From: a virus
Lineage: Duplodnaviria > Caudoviricetes
Length of the DNA stretch: 64,000 nt
IMG/VR virus record: IMGVR_UViG_3300028797_000108
Span: 64,001 to 128,000 of that record
Reading direction: 5' to 3' (one strand)
Shown: positions 19,044-28,182 of the stretch, one piece after another
Numbering within the stretch: the stretch's first letter is position 1
Layout of the letters: each line of letters starts with the position of its first letter
The notes under the pieces: model-generated
Told to the model about the DNA's origin: nothing
Database searches by the model: none
Seen by the model: only the letters and a program-made list of their open reading frames with translations
Made by a program: the position numbers and the translations under genes

Positions 19044-20291
19044 ATGGCTGATATTGCTACTGTGAAATCTTTGCTCCGTAAGATGAGCCCCTCCCACACC
19101 CCGATGATTCAGGGTATCCACGGTACTGGAAAGACCGAAGTTGTTCGCCAGCTTTGCGCTGAACCGGACGGCTGGAACCTTCGCTGCTGCGAACTTCAGG
19201 GTTCTCAGCTCTCTGACGTTGGTGACCTTATCGGTCTCCAGAAGATCATTGAATATGAAGAAGAAGTGGAAGTCTTCGTAGACGGCAAACCCGTGAAGAC
19301 CACGGTGAAGCGTCAGGAAACTGCGTGGATTCCGCCTTACTGGTTCCCGAAGGACGGCAAGCCGTTCTGCCTCTTCTTGGACGAAATCAACCGTGCTGCG
19401 CCGCCTATCAAGCGTGCAATGATGCAGATCGGTAACGACCATCGCCTCTTGAATTTTGAACTTCCGGAAGGCTCCCGCGTGGTTTGCGCCATCAACCCGG
19501 ACAATGAAGGTAACTACGACGTTGAAGAATTTGACGACGCCGAAAACGACCGTTACTGGAAGATCTTGTTCACCCCGACCATTCAGGAATGGATTTTCCA
19601 TGCCCGCAAGATCGGCGTTCTGGACTGTATCATTTCCTACATTGAAGCCCATGAAGAAGACCTTGACCCGTATGCAATGGCAGGCAAGGTGAAGACCAAG
19701 GGCTCCAACGACGAAGTTGACCAGCTCGGCGTTAAGCAGTCTCGCCGTTCTTGGGTTCGCCTTTCCAAGGATATGGTTCGTGCCCTTGAAATTGACCCGG
19801 ATGCTTACAGCGGTCCTAAGGGCAACGCTGAACTCCGTTTGCTCGCTGCCGGTTGGGTAGGTGAAGCGATTGCTCAGAACTTCGCTTCCTGGTACCAGCA
19901 GCACGGCGCTGGCTTGCAGCCTAACCAGATTATTGAAGCTGACCCGAGCGACAAGAAGATCTGGGCAAAGCTCAAGAAGATGGGTGAAGCTCAGTCGCTC
20001 GAAACCCTTCGCCTCGGCTCCGCAATTTGCGGCTACCTCCAGAAGGTTGAAGATAAGCTCGTAGAAAAGTCCAAGCCGACTGAATACGGTAAGCTTGTCG
20101 CCGACAACTGGTATAAGTTCCTTACCAGCATCCCGAAGGAAGTGGCTGCTCAGGTGAACATGCAGGGCGTGGAAGCTGCTCGTAAGCAGAACCAAAAGGA
20201 CCCGTCCACCTGCAAGTGGGTTGCTCGCCTCTCGGCGATAAATGAAAAGGTCTGCGACTTCTACATTGACCTCGCTGACTACGATGTGTAA
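19044..20291 (+). CDS. MoxR-like AAA+ ATPase
   Basis: Walker A GIHGTGKT, Walker B LFLDEINRA, CAINP, D.A..DR, SRRSW. Confidence 0.9.
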   Translation: MADIATVKSLLRKMSPSHTPMIQGIHGTGKTEVVRQLCAEPDGWNLRCCELQGSQLSDVGDLIGLQKIIEYEEEVEVFVDGKPVKTTVKRQETAWIPPYWFPKDGKPFCLFLDEINRAAPPIKRAMMQIGNDHRLLNFELPEGSRVVCAINPDNEGNYDVEEFDDAENDRYWKILFTPTIQEWIFHARKIGVLDCIISYIEAHEEDLDPYAMAGKVKTKGSNDEVDQLGVKQSRRSWVRLSKDMVRALEIDPDAYSGPKGNAELRLLAAGWVGEAIAQNFASWYQQHGAGLQPNQIIEADPSDKKIWAKLKKMGEAQSLETLRLGSAICGYLQKVEDKLVEKSKPTEYGKLVADNWYKFLTSIPKEVAAQVNMQGVEAARKQNQKDPSTCKWVARLSAINEKVCDFYIDLADYDV

Positions 20292-20332
20292 AACCCTGCG
20301 GGAGGGTAATTCCCGCAATTTCCTTGGTTGGG

Positions 20333-20360
20333 ATGGGCGGCAGCAATGCCGCCCATTTTT
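20333..20360 (+). terminator. Rho-independent terminator
   Basis: ATGGGCGGCA-GCAA-TGCCGCCCAT-TTTT. Confidence 0.85.
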
Positions 20361-20419
20361 CGTCAATTCCGCAGATATGTAAATTTTTTGACAAAAATCA
20401 TATTTTTTCATATCAACTA

Positions 20420-20448
20420 TTGACAAAAACCGTGGAAATTGTTATTAT
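20420..20448 (+). promoter_or_regulatory. Early sigma70-type promoter
   Basis: TTGACA-17-TATTAT-TTACTCGTAAA. Confidence 0.8.
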
Positions 20449-20476
20449 TTACTCGTAAACTAAGGGATTTTGAATT

Positions 20477-22450
20477 ATGGCTGAAAAGAACTACTACCTT
20501 GATACAACTGGCATGGCTTGGGAACCCGTCCTCGCACATGCCCGCAACACTATCGCGGAAGCGATGAAAATTCTGCAGCTTGAACCGGCTGCAATGCTTT
20601 ACCTTTCAATTTGTGAAATGGTTCCCATCAATGATAAGGATGTGACGCTGCGTCTTGCGACTGCGAACGCTGGCGGTCAAATTCAGCTCCAGTATAACCC
20701 GTATTGGATTTGCCGTTTGAATGACGCATCCGAATTGGCTTTCGCATTTTTCGGCGAAAGTTTGCGCATCGCCTTGCACCACGCCACTCACCGCCGTGCT
20801 ATGCCGGCTGCGCCGCACAAGTTCGCCTCCGACTTGATTTGCTTTGAAAACCAGAAGCTCTTGTCCAAGTGGCGTTCCGATGTTAAAGAAATTTTGAAAA
20901 ACCTGCCGTCTTACAGTCAGATCGCCCCTGCCATTGAACCGATGGGCTTCAAGAAGCGCGATATGTGGCAGCTTGAAAAGATCCGCGACTACCTGCGCCG
21001 CGTGCAGGAACAAATGCAACAGAAGAAGCAGGGTCAGGGTCAACCCCAGCAGGGTCAAGGCCAGGGCCAGCAGGGCCAGAGCTCCCAAAATCAAAATGGG
21101 CAGGGCCAGCAGTCGCAGCAGGGCCAAGGACAAGGACAACAGCAACAGTCCGGTCAGGGTCAGGGTCAGCAACAGCAGGGCCAAGGACAAGGACAACAGC
21201 AACAGTCCGGTCAGGGTCAGGGTCAGCAACAGCAGGGCCAAGGACAAGGACAACAGCAACAGCAGCAAGGCCAAGGAAACGGCCAAGGCCAACAGCAGCA
21301 GGGTCAGGGCCAGAACGGTCAGCAACAGCAGGGCCAAGGACAAGGTCAGCAGCAGCAAGGCCAAGGACAGGGACAGGGCCAAGGTCAGAACGGCGAAGGC
21401 CAAGATCAAAACGGTCAGGGTCAGGGCCAGGGACAGGACGGTCAGGGTCAGGGTCAAAACGGACAAGGCTCCGGTAACGGCCAAGATCAACAGCAGGGCC
21501 AGAACGGTCAGGGACAAGGTGGCGGCCAAGGCGGCCAGCAGGGTCAAGACCAGGGTCAGGGCGATGACGGTTCTTCCTCGGGTGACCAGGGTGCCAACCA
21601 GGGTGACCGCAGCGATCCGTCCCACGGTTCCAACGGCCTTGACAGCTCGGCAGACTGCGGTGACCTTCGCGGCGACAATGCTCCGAAGAACAGCAGCAAT
21701 GATACGGGCAACGCCTTGAATGAACACTTTGCGGCTGACGAACGCCACGCTCGTAAGGCTACCCAAGAATGGGGTGAAAACACTCTTGTCCAGCAGGAAA
21801 TCCGTAGCATCACCAAGCACCTCGGTTCTAACCCTGAACTTTGGGGTTCCATGCCTGGTGAACTTCAGGAAATGATTCGCCGTGCCAACACGCCGAAGTT
21901 TGACCCGACTCCGATTATCAAGCACTGGAAGCAGACTATTCAGTCTGAAGAATACTATGATACTCGTGCCAAGGCAAACAGACGCCACGGCTTTGACAGA
22001 CCTGGCTGGCGCCACAAGATGAAGAGCTCGATGGTGGAATGCGTGGACGCTTCCGGTTCTATGAGCGACCGCGATGTTGCGGCAGGTGAAGCATTTGTGA
22101 ACCTGTTCATCAAGCACTGCGAAACTTGGTTCTGTTATTGGGACGCTGCCTGCGGTCCGATTGAACCTGTCAAGAAGAAGCGTAAGGGTGACCTCAACCT
22201 CGAGAACATGAGAGGCGGTACCGATCCCCGTTGCATCATTGACAGAATTGAAAAGGAAAGATTGCAGTTCGGCGGTATCTTGGTGTTCACTGACTGTGGC
22301 TTTGACTGGCCGCGTCCGAAGACTAAGTACCTGAACAAGATCTTCATCATCGGCACGGAAAACTGCTGTGCTCCTCCGAGCTGGTGCCGCCACTTCCTGA
22401 ACATCAAGGACATCAAGAAGTGGATGAAGGACCAGAACTTCGAGTTCTAA
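20477..22450 (+). CDS. DUF2201-type metallopeptidase-like + VWA protein (MoxR partner) with long Gln/Gly linker
   Basis: LQYNP...GESLRIALHH, MIDAS VDASGSMS, RGGTD, VFTDC; adjacent to the AAA ATPase. Confidence 0.85.
   Translation: MAEKNYYLDTTGMAWEPVLAHARNTIAEAMKILQLEPAAMLYLSICEMVPINDKDVTLRLATANAGGQIQLQYNPYWICRLNDASELAFAFFGESLRIALHHATHRRAMPAAPHKFASDLICFENQKLLSKWRSDVKEILKNLPSYSQIAPAIEPMGFKKRDMWQLEKIRDYLRRVQEQMQQKKQGQGQPQQGQGQGQQGQSSQNQNGQGQQSQQGQGQGQQQQSGQGQGQQQQGQGQGQQQQSGQGQGQQQQGQGQGQQQQQQGQGNGQGQQQQGQGQNGQQQQGQGQGQQQQGQGQGQGQGQNGEGQDQNGQGQGQGQDGQGQGQNGQGSGNGQDQQQGQNGQGQGGGQGGQQGQDQGQGDDGSSSGDQGANQGDRSDPSHGSNGLDSSADCGDLRGDNAPKNSSNDTGNALNEHFAADERHARKATQEWGENTLVQQEIRSITKHLGSNPELWGSMPGELQEMIRRANTPKFDPTPIIKHWKQTIQSEEYYDTRAKANRRHGFDRPGWRHKMKSSMVECVDASGSMSDRDVAAGEAFVNLFIKHCETWFCYWDAACGPIEPVKKKRKGDLNLENMRGGTDPRCIIDRIEKERLQFGGILVFTDCGFDWPRPKTKYLNKIFIIGTENCCAPPSWCRHFLNIKDIKKWMKDQNFEF
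21116..21262 (+). repeat. 57-bp perfect tandem repeat (about 2.5 copies) within a Q/G low-complexity tract (about 21020-21570)
   Basis: CAGCAGGGCCAAGGACAAGGACAACAGCAACAGTCCGGTCAGGGTCAGGGTCAGCAA repeated. Confidence 0.85.
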
Positions 22451-22460
22451 GGAGGGCGCC

Positions 22461-23105
22461 ATGAGCTTTACAGACGCCATCAACGAGCGCTGGGTGGAAG
22501 AAGGCTTGAAGTACCAATTCAAGACTGTCCCGAAGGAGGCTCGTGAGTCCTTCTATGTGCCAGACGATCGGAAGAACCCCTACGGAGGCGGCAAATACAT
22601 TCAGTCCGGCTTCGAGCACGTAATCTATGTGGAAGACATCCTAGGGCCTAACTGGCTTTACTACAAAGGCTTGCTACCGAAGTGGTATCAGTGGGGTCCA
22701 TGGAAGGAGAAAGGTCCTCCGGTTATCCGTTGGGTTCCCAAGGAGCACCCGCTGAACGCTGATGATAACATTCGTGCACGCGTATGGTATCTGATGTGTC
22801 CAGCGGCGTTGAACCTGACAAGTCTATCAATGGACTTCACGGATGACGGCATGATCCTCTATCAGCAGCACCGCCCGTTCCGCGAAAACACCTCTACGGA
22901 AATGCCCGTGGACCCCAAGGATGTAAAGAAGTGCCTTGACAATGTGGTGAGATCAATACGCGGTTTAGAGCGAGTGAAGGAATTTGCCGAGCCATATCTG
23001 GTGCAGATAAATGATGCAGTAACGGGTTTTCGCCAACAAATAAACAAAATAAAGATTAAAAATAGCCTAATAAACGAGCGCGAAAAACCTAAATTTAAGC
23101 AGTAA
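22461..23105 (+). CDS. Hypothetical protein
   Basis: RBS AAGGAGG. Confidence 0.75.
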   Translation: MSFTDAINERWVEEGLKYQFKTVPKEARESFYVPDDRKNPYGGGKYIQSGFEHVIYVEDILGPNWLYYKGLLPKWYQWGPWKEKGPPVIRWVPKEHPLNADDNIRARVWYLMCPAALNLTSLSMDFTDDGMILYQQHRPFRENTSTEMPVDPKDVKKCLDNVVRSIRGLERVKEFAEPYLVQINDAVTGFRQQINKIKIKNSLINEREKPKFKQ

Positions 23106-23227
23106 AATTACAGTTTTTGGCAGAAAACCTCGTATTTTATGTTAAAATAAGCGATTGTCCATAATTCCCCTGAATACTCTGTAAACGAAAGTTTACAGAG
23201 TTTTTTCATATATTTTTGATTTTTCCA

Positions 23228-23256
23228 TTGACGGCGCGGGTGGAATTTGTTATATT
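23228..23256 (+). promoter_or_regulatory. Early sigma70-type promoter
   Basis: TTGACG-17-TATATT-TTACTCGTAAA. Confidence 0.8.
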
Positions 23257-23283
23257 TTACTCGTAAACCAAGGGAATCTGACT

Positions 23284-23637
23284 ATGAGCAATATCGAGAA
23301 ATTTTTCAACGCCGTCACCCACGAGCTTACCCCCGCCATTTTGAACGGCTCTAGCTTCCAGATTATTGACAACTGTTTGAACATTGAAAAGAAAATGCCG
23401 AATCCGGCGCCCTACATGAGCATTCATTCCAAGTTGCTCCATGTCACCGTTGATCCCTATGCAAAGCACCGCGTCGTGATTGACGAGGTTTGGGTCGGCC
23501 GCGACGGCGAAGGCTCTATGTGGAGCGACAACATGGGCGGTCGCTATATTGACTGCACCGGCAAGAAATACAAAGACGGCGCAAAATTCGTCGCCGACAA
23601 GATCAATGAATTTTACGGAGAAATGCTCAATGGCTAA
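23284..23637 (+). CDS. Hypothetical protein
   Basis: First gene after promoter. Confidence 0.75.
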   Translation: MSNIEKFFNAVTHELTPAILNGSSFQIIDNCLNIEKKMPNPAPYMSIHSKLLHVTVDPYAKHRVVIDEVWVGRDGEGSMWSDNMGGRYIDCTGKKYKDGAKFVADKINEFYGEMLNG

Positions 23638-23833
23638 GGCAATGATCGGCACTGTCAAGTTTGATACACTTGACTATTTGACCCGCGAAGAAATCATCGA
23701 GACCGCACAGTGGAACGACTTCGCTGCATACGTCTTTGAGGTGTTCAACTTTGACTTGACGCATTGCCCGTCTACCGCACTTTTCTCTATCACCGACATG
23801 CTCGAATGGGCTGACTCTTACAGAGGTATCTAA
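23630..23833 (+). CDS. Hypothetical protein (MAKAMIG...)
   Basis: RBS GGAG, overlapping coupling. Confidence 0.65.
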   Translation: MAKAMIGTVKFDTLDYLTREEIIETAQWNDFAAYVFEVFNFDLTHCPSTALFSITDMLEWADSYRGI

Positions 23834-23834
23834 C

Positions 23835-23933
23835 ATGAAGAAAATCAAATTTTACACCACCAAGGCAATGCTCGCCATCGCTTGCGTGCCCGTTGACTTC
23901 CTCGCCTTAATCGTCTGGAGTTGCTGTGGCTGA
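23835..23933 (+). CDS. Small hydrophobic peptide, 32 aa
   Basis: RBS GAGG; MKKIKFYTTKAMLAIACVPVDFLALIVWSCCG. Confidence 0.5.
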   Translation: MKKIKFYTTKAMLAIACVPVDFLALIVWSCCG

Positions 23934-24633
23934 TATTCGTATACATAAGCACTTCACCGACATTACGCTTGCGACCGATAACCCAGGCCGTCAGCTCTGG
24001 TGGTATGAGGTGATGACCCAGCTGGAGAAGGAGCCGTTCGCAGTCATTAAGATCGGCGTTCCGATGCCGCCACTTTGCGGTGCTTACTTCGGCGTTCGTA
24101 AGGGTATCACCACGCTCTGCCTTTCAGCGGAAGCAGCCACCTTTGAAGACAATATGATCACCTTTGCCGATGATCGGTATTTCGCCATGTTTGTCCACGA
24201 AGCGAGCCACTTCCAGCACTTCTGCGTTGACCGCGGAACATTCAAGTCGCCGTCGCTTATCAACAAGTGTCCGATTGATTTTGACAGAATGGACCAGATT
24301 GCCAGCGGGGATAATCTTGTTGACCGTGTGAGCAATTCAGAGCTCCGTGACATTGAATATGAAGCCGGCTGGCGAGCAATGTTCAGCGACAAGAAGTTCA
24401 AGCTTTTCCCGGGATCAAGGCTTTTGCTCGAAATGATGATGGGCAACCTGTTCCTGTATGACATCAAGAACCAGACCGTTGAATGGGCCACCAAGATGAG
24501 AGAACTTCTCGCAAACGGCGAAGACATTCAGGAATGGCTCGTAAAGAATTCGCTGCCCCTCTACAAGAAGTATTCTGAATGGGCAGACCCAAACCACATT
24601 ATCAAAGGAGTATTAAATGATGAAGCTGTATGA
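23926..24633 (+). CDS. Putative Zn metallopeptidase
   Basis: FVHEASHFQH (HExxH) plus downstream EYEA. Confidence 0.6.
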   Translation: MADIRIHKHFTDITLATDNPGRQLWWYEVMTQLEKEPFAVIKIGVPMPPLCGAYFGVRKGITTLCLSAEAATFEDNMITFADDRYFAMFVHEASHFQHFCVDRGTFKSPSLINKCPIDFDRMDQIASGDNLVDRVSNSELRDIEYEAGWRAMFSDKKFKLFPGSRLLLEMMMGNLFLYDIKNQTVEWATKMRELLANGEDIQEWLVKNSLPLYKKYSEWADPNHIIKGVLNDEAV

Positions 24634-24892
24634 CACTTTCCAGGAAGACTGCCTTCTTGCCATCCGTAAGATCAAGGAGGCGAAGACCACCGAAGATCGG
24701 ATCAAGGCGTCACTCAACCTCGCAAAGATCAAGGTTGACTATTACGAACAGCACGCCAACGCGGACGGAATCAAGAAGAATCAGGAGTACTATGCTTCGC
24801 AGCTGAAGAATGCACTCTGGAGCTATCAGGCGGTTCTTGATGAAGCTCATGATGCCGGCGTATGTTTGGCCGGATTGACCTACGCGGCGTAA
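24617..24892 (+). CDS. Hypothetical protein
   Basis: RBS AAGGAG. Confidence 0.7.
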   Translation: MMKLYDTFQEDCLLAIRKIKEAKTTEDRIKASLNLAKIKVDYYEQHANADGIKKNQEYYASQLKNALWSYQAVLDEAHDAGVCLAGLTYAA

Positions 24893-24901
24893 AATTTACC
24901 C

Positions 24902-24930
24902 TTGACAGATGTCGGAATAGTTGTTATATT
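24902..24930 (+). promoter_or_regulatory. Early sigma70-type promoter
   Basis: TTGACA-17-TATATT. Confidence 0.8.
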
Positions 24931-24954
24931 TTACCTGTAAAATTGAGGTGATTT

Positions 24955-25095
24955 ATGACAAAAGCTAAAGAATCTGAACGCCAGCGCTCCGAACGCATTC
25001 AAAACAGTAACAACGGAGCAACGCTTCGCACCCGCACGGTGCCCAATAAGAAGGGCTACAAGCGCAAAAAGAAGGTTGACGAGGAAGATCTGTAA
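24955..25095 (+). CDS. 46-aa basic peptide with ArfA-like motif
   Basis: Own promoter and RBS GAGGTG; MTKAKESERQRSERIQNSNNGATLRTRTVPNKKGYKRKKKVDEEDL. Confidence 0.6.
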   Translation: MTKAKESERQRSERIQNSNNGATLRTRTVPNKKGYKRKKKVDEEDL

Positions 25096-25127
25096 ACGAA
25101 AATTTACATTTTTTCCCATTTTAACCC

Positions 25128-25156
25128 TTGACAAGATCCGCGACAGTTGTTAAATT
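25128..25156 (+). promoter_or_regulatory. Early sigma70-type promoter
   Basis: TTGACA-17-TAAATT. Confidence 0.7.
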
Positions 25157-25186
25157 TTAACTGTAAAATTGAATTAGAGGTGTCTC

Positions 25187-25786
25187 ATGGCTAACTTTAC
25201 CCCGTTCCGACAGATTGACAAACTTGCACAGCGCAACTTCAAGACCGACTTCTATGGCCTTGACGGCATTTGGTTCAATAAGATCTACGGGCGCTATGTT
25301 GAGCCCTCTAAGAAGGTGCCGTCTGAAGGCTGGGAATTGACTGATCTCAAGCAGCATATTGTCTACGGGTTCCGCTATCATACCCGCATGCCGCACGCTG
25401 ACTACGAGAAGAACGCCACCCGTGTGGTTGAACTGCTCTCGCAGGCGTTCAACGCCATCAATAAGGCCAACAAGAAGGCCGCCCTCATGGCGGAAGCTGC
25501 GGGCCAGTTGAGCTTTGACGCCATCAAGGCGAAGTTCAACAAGATCGCCTATATTGAAAAGTGCTGCAAGAAGTTCCACAAGGTTCACCTCGTTGTTGAG
25601 GTAAATGATGACGGCAGCTGGCGTTATGACAACAGCTGGGAAAAGCTTGACAACAAGGAGTACTACTCCGTTGATGATGTCAAGGCAGTCGTTAACAAGC
25701 TCGTGGACAACCGCTGCGCATGGTATGATCAGCGCAAGCAGCTGATGCTTGGGATCAAGGCGAAGGCGGCTGCCGTGGAAATTTAA
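25187..25786 (+). CDS. Hypothetical protein
   Basis: RBS GAGGTG. Confidence 0.75.
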   Translation: MANFTPFRQIDKLAQRNFKTDFYGLDGIWFNKIYGRYVEPSKKVPSEGWELTDLKQHIVYGFRYHTRMPHADYEKNATRVVELLSQAFNAINKANKKAALMAEAAGQLSFDAIKAKFNKIAYIEKCCKKFHKVHLVVEVNDDGSWRYDNSWEKLDNKEYYSVDDVKAVVNKLVDNRCAWYDQRKQLMLGIKAKAAAVEI

Positions 25787-25799
25787 TTCAAATTTACCA

Positions 25800-25835
25800 T
25801 TGACGGAGATTTGAAAATTTGTTAAATTATAAATA
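25800..25835 (+). promoter_or_regulatory. Early promoter overlapping a late TATAAATA
   Basis: TTGACG-17-TAAATT; TATAAATA at 25828. Confidence 0.65.
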
Positions 25836-25858
25836 CTTACAACTGAGAGGTTGAACTC

Positions 25859-26281
25859 ATGATGACAAAAGACGAAGTTATCGCTTGGATGCGAGACACG
25901 GCGTCACTGTCAGGCTTGAACTTTGAGACCGAGAGTGCTATGAACGGTACTCGCTATCACCTATTGAAGCGAGTCCAGAAATACAATTCTTGGATGGGTA
26001 ACATGCGTGACGTAATGTTCGCCACTTTTTACGAAGATGGCAGCATGACCTTGCATCACCCACACAATTTCAGGTTCAGTCAAAAGGATGAACTTATTGA
26101 CTACGAACGGACATACGCAGAAGGTTTCGGCGATCTGAACGAAATTGATCCTAAGGTCCTGAATGAATACCGAGCATATGTATGTAAGGGCGCAGCCGAT
26201 ATGGACAAGCAAAAAGTGCTAGGCCATCAGGAACGTAAGATCAAACAGCTCCGCGCCGAAAGGGCGAATGGATTGAAATAA
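25859..26281 (+). CDS. Hypothetical protein
   Basis: RBS GAGG. Confidence 0.7.
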   Translation: MMTKDEVIAWMRDTASLSGLNFETESAMNGTRYHLLKRVQKYNSWMGNMRDVMFATFYEDGSMTLHHPHNFRFSQKDELIDYERTYAEGFGDLNEIDPKVLNEYRAYVCKGAADMDKQKVLGHQERKIKQLRAERANGLK

Positions 26282-26297
26282 CAACAAGAGGCAAAAG

Positions 26298-26447
26298 ATG
26301 AAACAGAAACGTGAAAAACATATTGAAACTCAAGAAGAAAAAGAAGCTCGCTGGGCAAAAGCCAAAAAGCAAGCGAGGTCTTTTGCCAGACAAGCGGGCA
26401 TAAAGATTGACCGCAAACCGAAGCTTACAGAATTATACGACTACTAG
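26298..26447 (+). CDS. Small basic protein, 49 aa
   Basis: RBS GAGG; MKQKREKHIETQEEKEARWAKAKK... Confidence 0.55.
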   Translation: MKQKREKHIETQEEKEARWAKAKKQARSFARQAGIKIDRKPKLTELYDY

Positions 26448-26452
26448 TCTCA

Positions 26453-26536
26453 GGCCTTATGGCGGAACTGGTAGACGCTGGGGACTTAAAATCCCCTGCC
26501 AGTAATGGCGTCCGGGTTCGAGTCCCGGTGGGGCCA
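26453..26536 (+). tRNA. trnL: tRNA-Leu(TAA)
   Basis: GGGGA-CT-TAA-AA-TCCCC, long variable arm. Confidence 0.9.
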
Positions 26537-26545
26537 TACATTTTT

Positions 26546-26677
26546 CGGGCGATAGTTCAAGCGGTCGGGAATACTTTCCGAGTAAAACAGAACGATCTCA
26601 GACCTTCGTGCTAGGTCGCGAGAAAACACGAAGTTAGGACGATAGACTTCCCTGGGTTCAAGTCCTGGGGCGCTCGC
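26546..26677 (+). ncRNA. Expanded tRNA-like RNA without a canonical anticodon loop
   Basis: Acceptor, D-stem GTTC/GAAC and T-arm GGTTCAAGTCC present; inserted hairpins. Confidence 0.6.
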
Positions 26678-26687
26678 TAGCTTTTAT

Positions 26688-26761
26688 ACCCTAGTAGCTC
26701 AACTGGATAGAGCAACGCTCTTCTAAAGCGTGGGTTGCAGGTTCGAGTCCTGCCTAGGGTA
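26688..26761 (+). tRNA. trnR: tRNA-Arg(TCT)
   Basis: ACGCT-CT-TCT-AA-AGCGT. Confidence 0.9.
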
Positions 26762-26768
26762 CTTCTTT

Positions 26769-26840
26769 GAGGGTAAAGCTTTGACGGTGAAGCAATAGAC
26801 TTTTAATCTATGGAACCGGCTTCGAGCTCCGGTACCCTCA
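26769..26840 (+). tRNA. trnK: tRNA-Lys(TTT)
   Basis: ATAGA-CT-TTT-AA-TCTAT; atypical T arm. Confidence 0.8.
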
Positions 26841-26850
26841 CTAAATTTCT

Positions 26851-26921
26851 TGCCGGTTCGTATAGCGGTAGTATAGGGGACTTTGAATCCTTTGGCGTTG
26901 GTCCGACTCCAGCACCGGCAG
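26851..26921 (+). tRNA. trnQ: tRNA-Gln(TTG)
   Basis: GGGGA-CT-TTG-AA-TCCTT. Confidence 0.85.
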
Positions 26922-26985
26922 CTATAGATCACGAGGTGTGCAAATCCCTCAAGCAGAGTGAACTGCGATAACAAGTTAAACTCAA

Positions 26986-27058
26986 CGGCAGATAGCACAA
27001 TGGTTAGTGCAGCGGACTCATAACCCGCCGGTTGAAGGTTCAAATCCTTCTTTGCCGA
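26986..27058 (+). tRNA. tRNA(CAT), Met or Ile2
   Basis: GCGGA-CT-CAT-AA-CCCGC. Confidence 0.85.
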
Positions 27059-27119
27059 TAGTTAATAAACTGTTGATAAAACTGTGCATTAACTGTATAA
27101 TTCAAATTTTGAACTATTC

Positions 27120-27145
27120 ATGGCGCCCTAAAAAGCGCCATTTTT
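27120..27145 (+). terminator. Rho-independent terminator
   Basis: ATGGCGC-loop-GCGCCAT-TTTT. Confidence 0.7.
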
Positions 27146-27286
27146 CTATCTCAAAACGATGAAATTTAAGCAGTTATATTACAGTAATTTACAGTAAACC
27201 GCGTAGATTGTGTTGATTTAAGCACTGTTGATATATTGTCAATTTGATCATAAATCACTGTAAATAAAAAATTTACATTTCTACCA

Positions 27287-27315
27287 TTGACGGACTTCCA
27301 GATAGTTGTTATATT
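27287..27315 (+). promoter_or_regulatory. Early sigma70-type promoter
   Basis: TTGACG-17-TATATT-TTACTCGTAAA. Confidence 0.8.
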
Positions 27316-27351
27316 TTACTCGTAAATTGAAAACAACAAGGAAACTGGAAT

Positions 27352-27543
27352 ATGAACAAACAAGAACTGATCCGCGCGCTGATTGAAACCGCCGAAAAGG
27401 AAGGCTCAAACATTCATTTTGACCATCAATTTGGGTGGGACGGTTTTGTTGATTCCAACGGCGAATTCTGGGCTACCGACGGTCACTCCGTCTCCGAAAT
27501 TTGTCGCAGAATTTTCAGTGCCTGTCAGGAAGAATTCATCTAA
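27352..27543 (+). CDS. Hypothetical protein
   Basis: First gene after promoter. Confidence 0.7.
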   Translation: MNKQELIRALIETAEKEGSNIHFDHQFGWDGFVDSNGEFWATDGHSVSEICRRIFSACQEEFI

Positions 27544-27555
27544 GGAGAACCGACA

Positions 27556-28128
27556 ATGATTTTGAAAATCAACTACGCTCGTGCCCTTTACGTTGAATCT
27601 GACACGATCTATCCGGAAGGTCCCAACAGCGACCACACCTATCAAACGGTGCGCTGCGACGGCCGCATCCGCAAGACCTGTTGGTTCCGCCTCGGTGAAG
27701 CATTCTTGAAGTTCCCCGAACATCGCGCGGTCACCCGCAAGGAAATCGCCGCAGTGATGGAACATACCTTCAGCCCTGACGGCACAAAGGATTGGGGCAC
27801 GGGTATCTGGAGTCCGGATATGTGGACGACCTTCGTTCATGATGGCTTCATCAAGAAGTTTCAGAACGGAAATCGCTTCACCTATATGCTCTCCGATTGG
27901 GGTCGCAGGACTACCATCGCAGCGCAGCGCGACTTCAGCAAGGAATTCACGAAGGCAACGCTTCGCATTCAGGCTATGCCCAAATCGGTTGAAGAAGCCA
28001 AGCAGCTCGTCAAGATCAAGTTTGACAAGCACGAGAATTACCTCGCCCGCAAGGCCGCAGGTTTTCCGAAAAAGAAGGCTCGCCTCGCAAAGGCTGCCCT
28101 CCGCGCTGAAGCAAAAATTTTGAAATAA
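27556..28128 (+). CDS. Hypothetical basic protein (possible winged-helix)
   Basis: RBS AAGGAG; TRKEIA...GFIKK..Y.LSDWG. Confidence 0.7.
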   Translation: MILKINYARALYVESDTIYPEGPNSDHTYQTVRCDGRIRKTCWFRLGEAFLKFPEHRAVTRKEIAAVMEHTFSPDGTKDWGTGIWSPDMWTTFVHDGFIKKFQNGNRFTYMLSDWGRRTTIAAQRDFSKEFTKATLRIQAMPKSVEEAKQLVKIKFDKHENYLARKAAGFPKKKARLAKAALRAEAKILK

Positions 28129-28153
28129 AATGAAAAAAATTCAAAATTTACCC

Positions 28154-28182
28154 TTGACAGTTCAAAATTAAATTGTTATATT
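28154..28182 (+). promoter_or_regulatory. Early sigma70-type promoter driving a non-coding stretch
   Basis: TTGACA-17-TATATT. Confidence 0.75.

Noticed and set aside
20606-22522. 638-aa minus-strand Leu-rich ORF (also 18987-20426, 16190-17113, 36739-37437, 38624-39412)
   Set aside because: Antisense shadows of + strand genes with biased codon usage; no RBS or promoter
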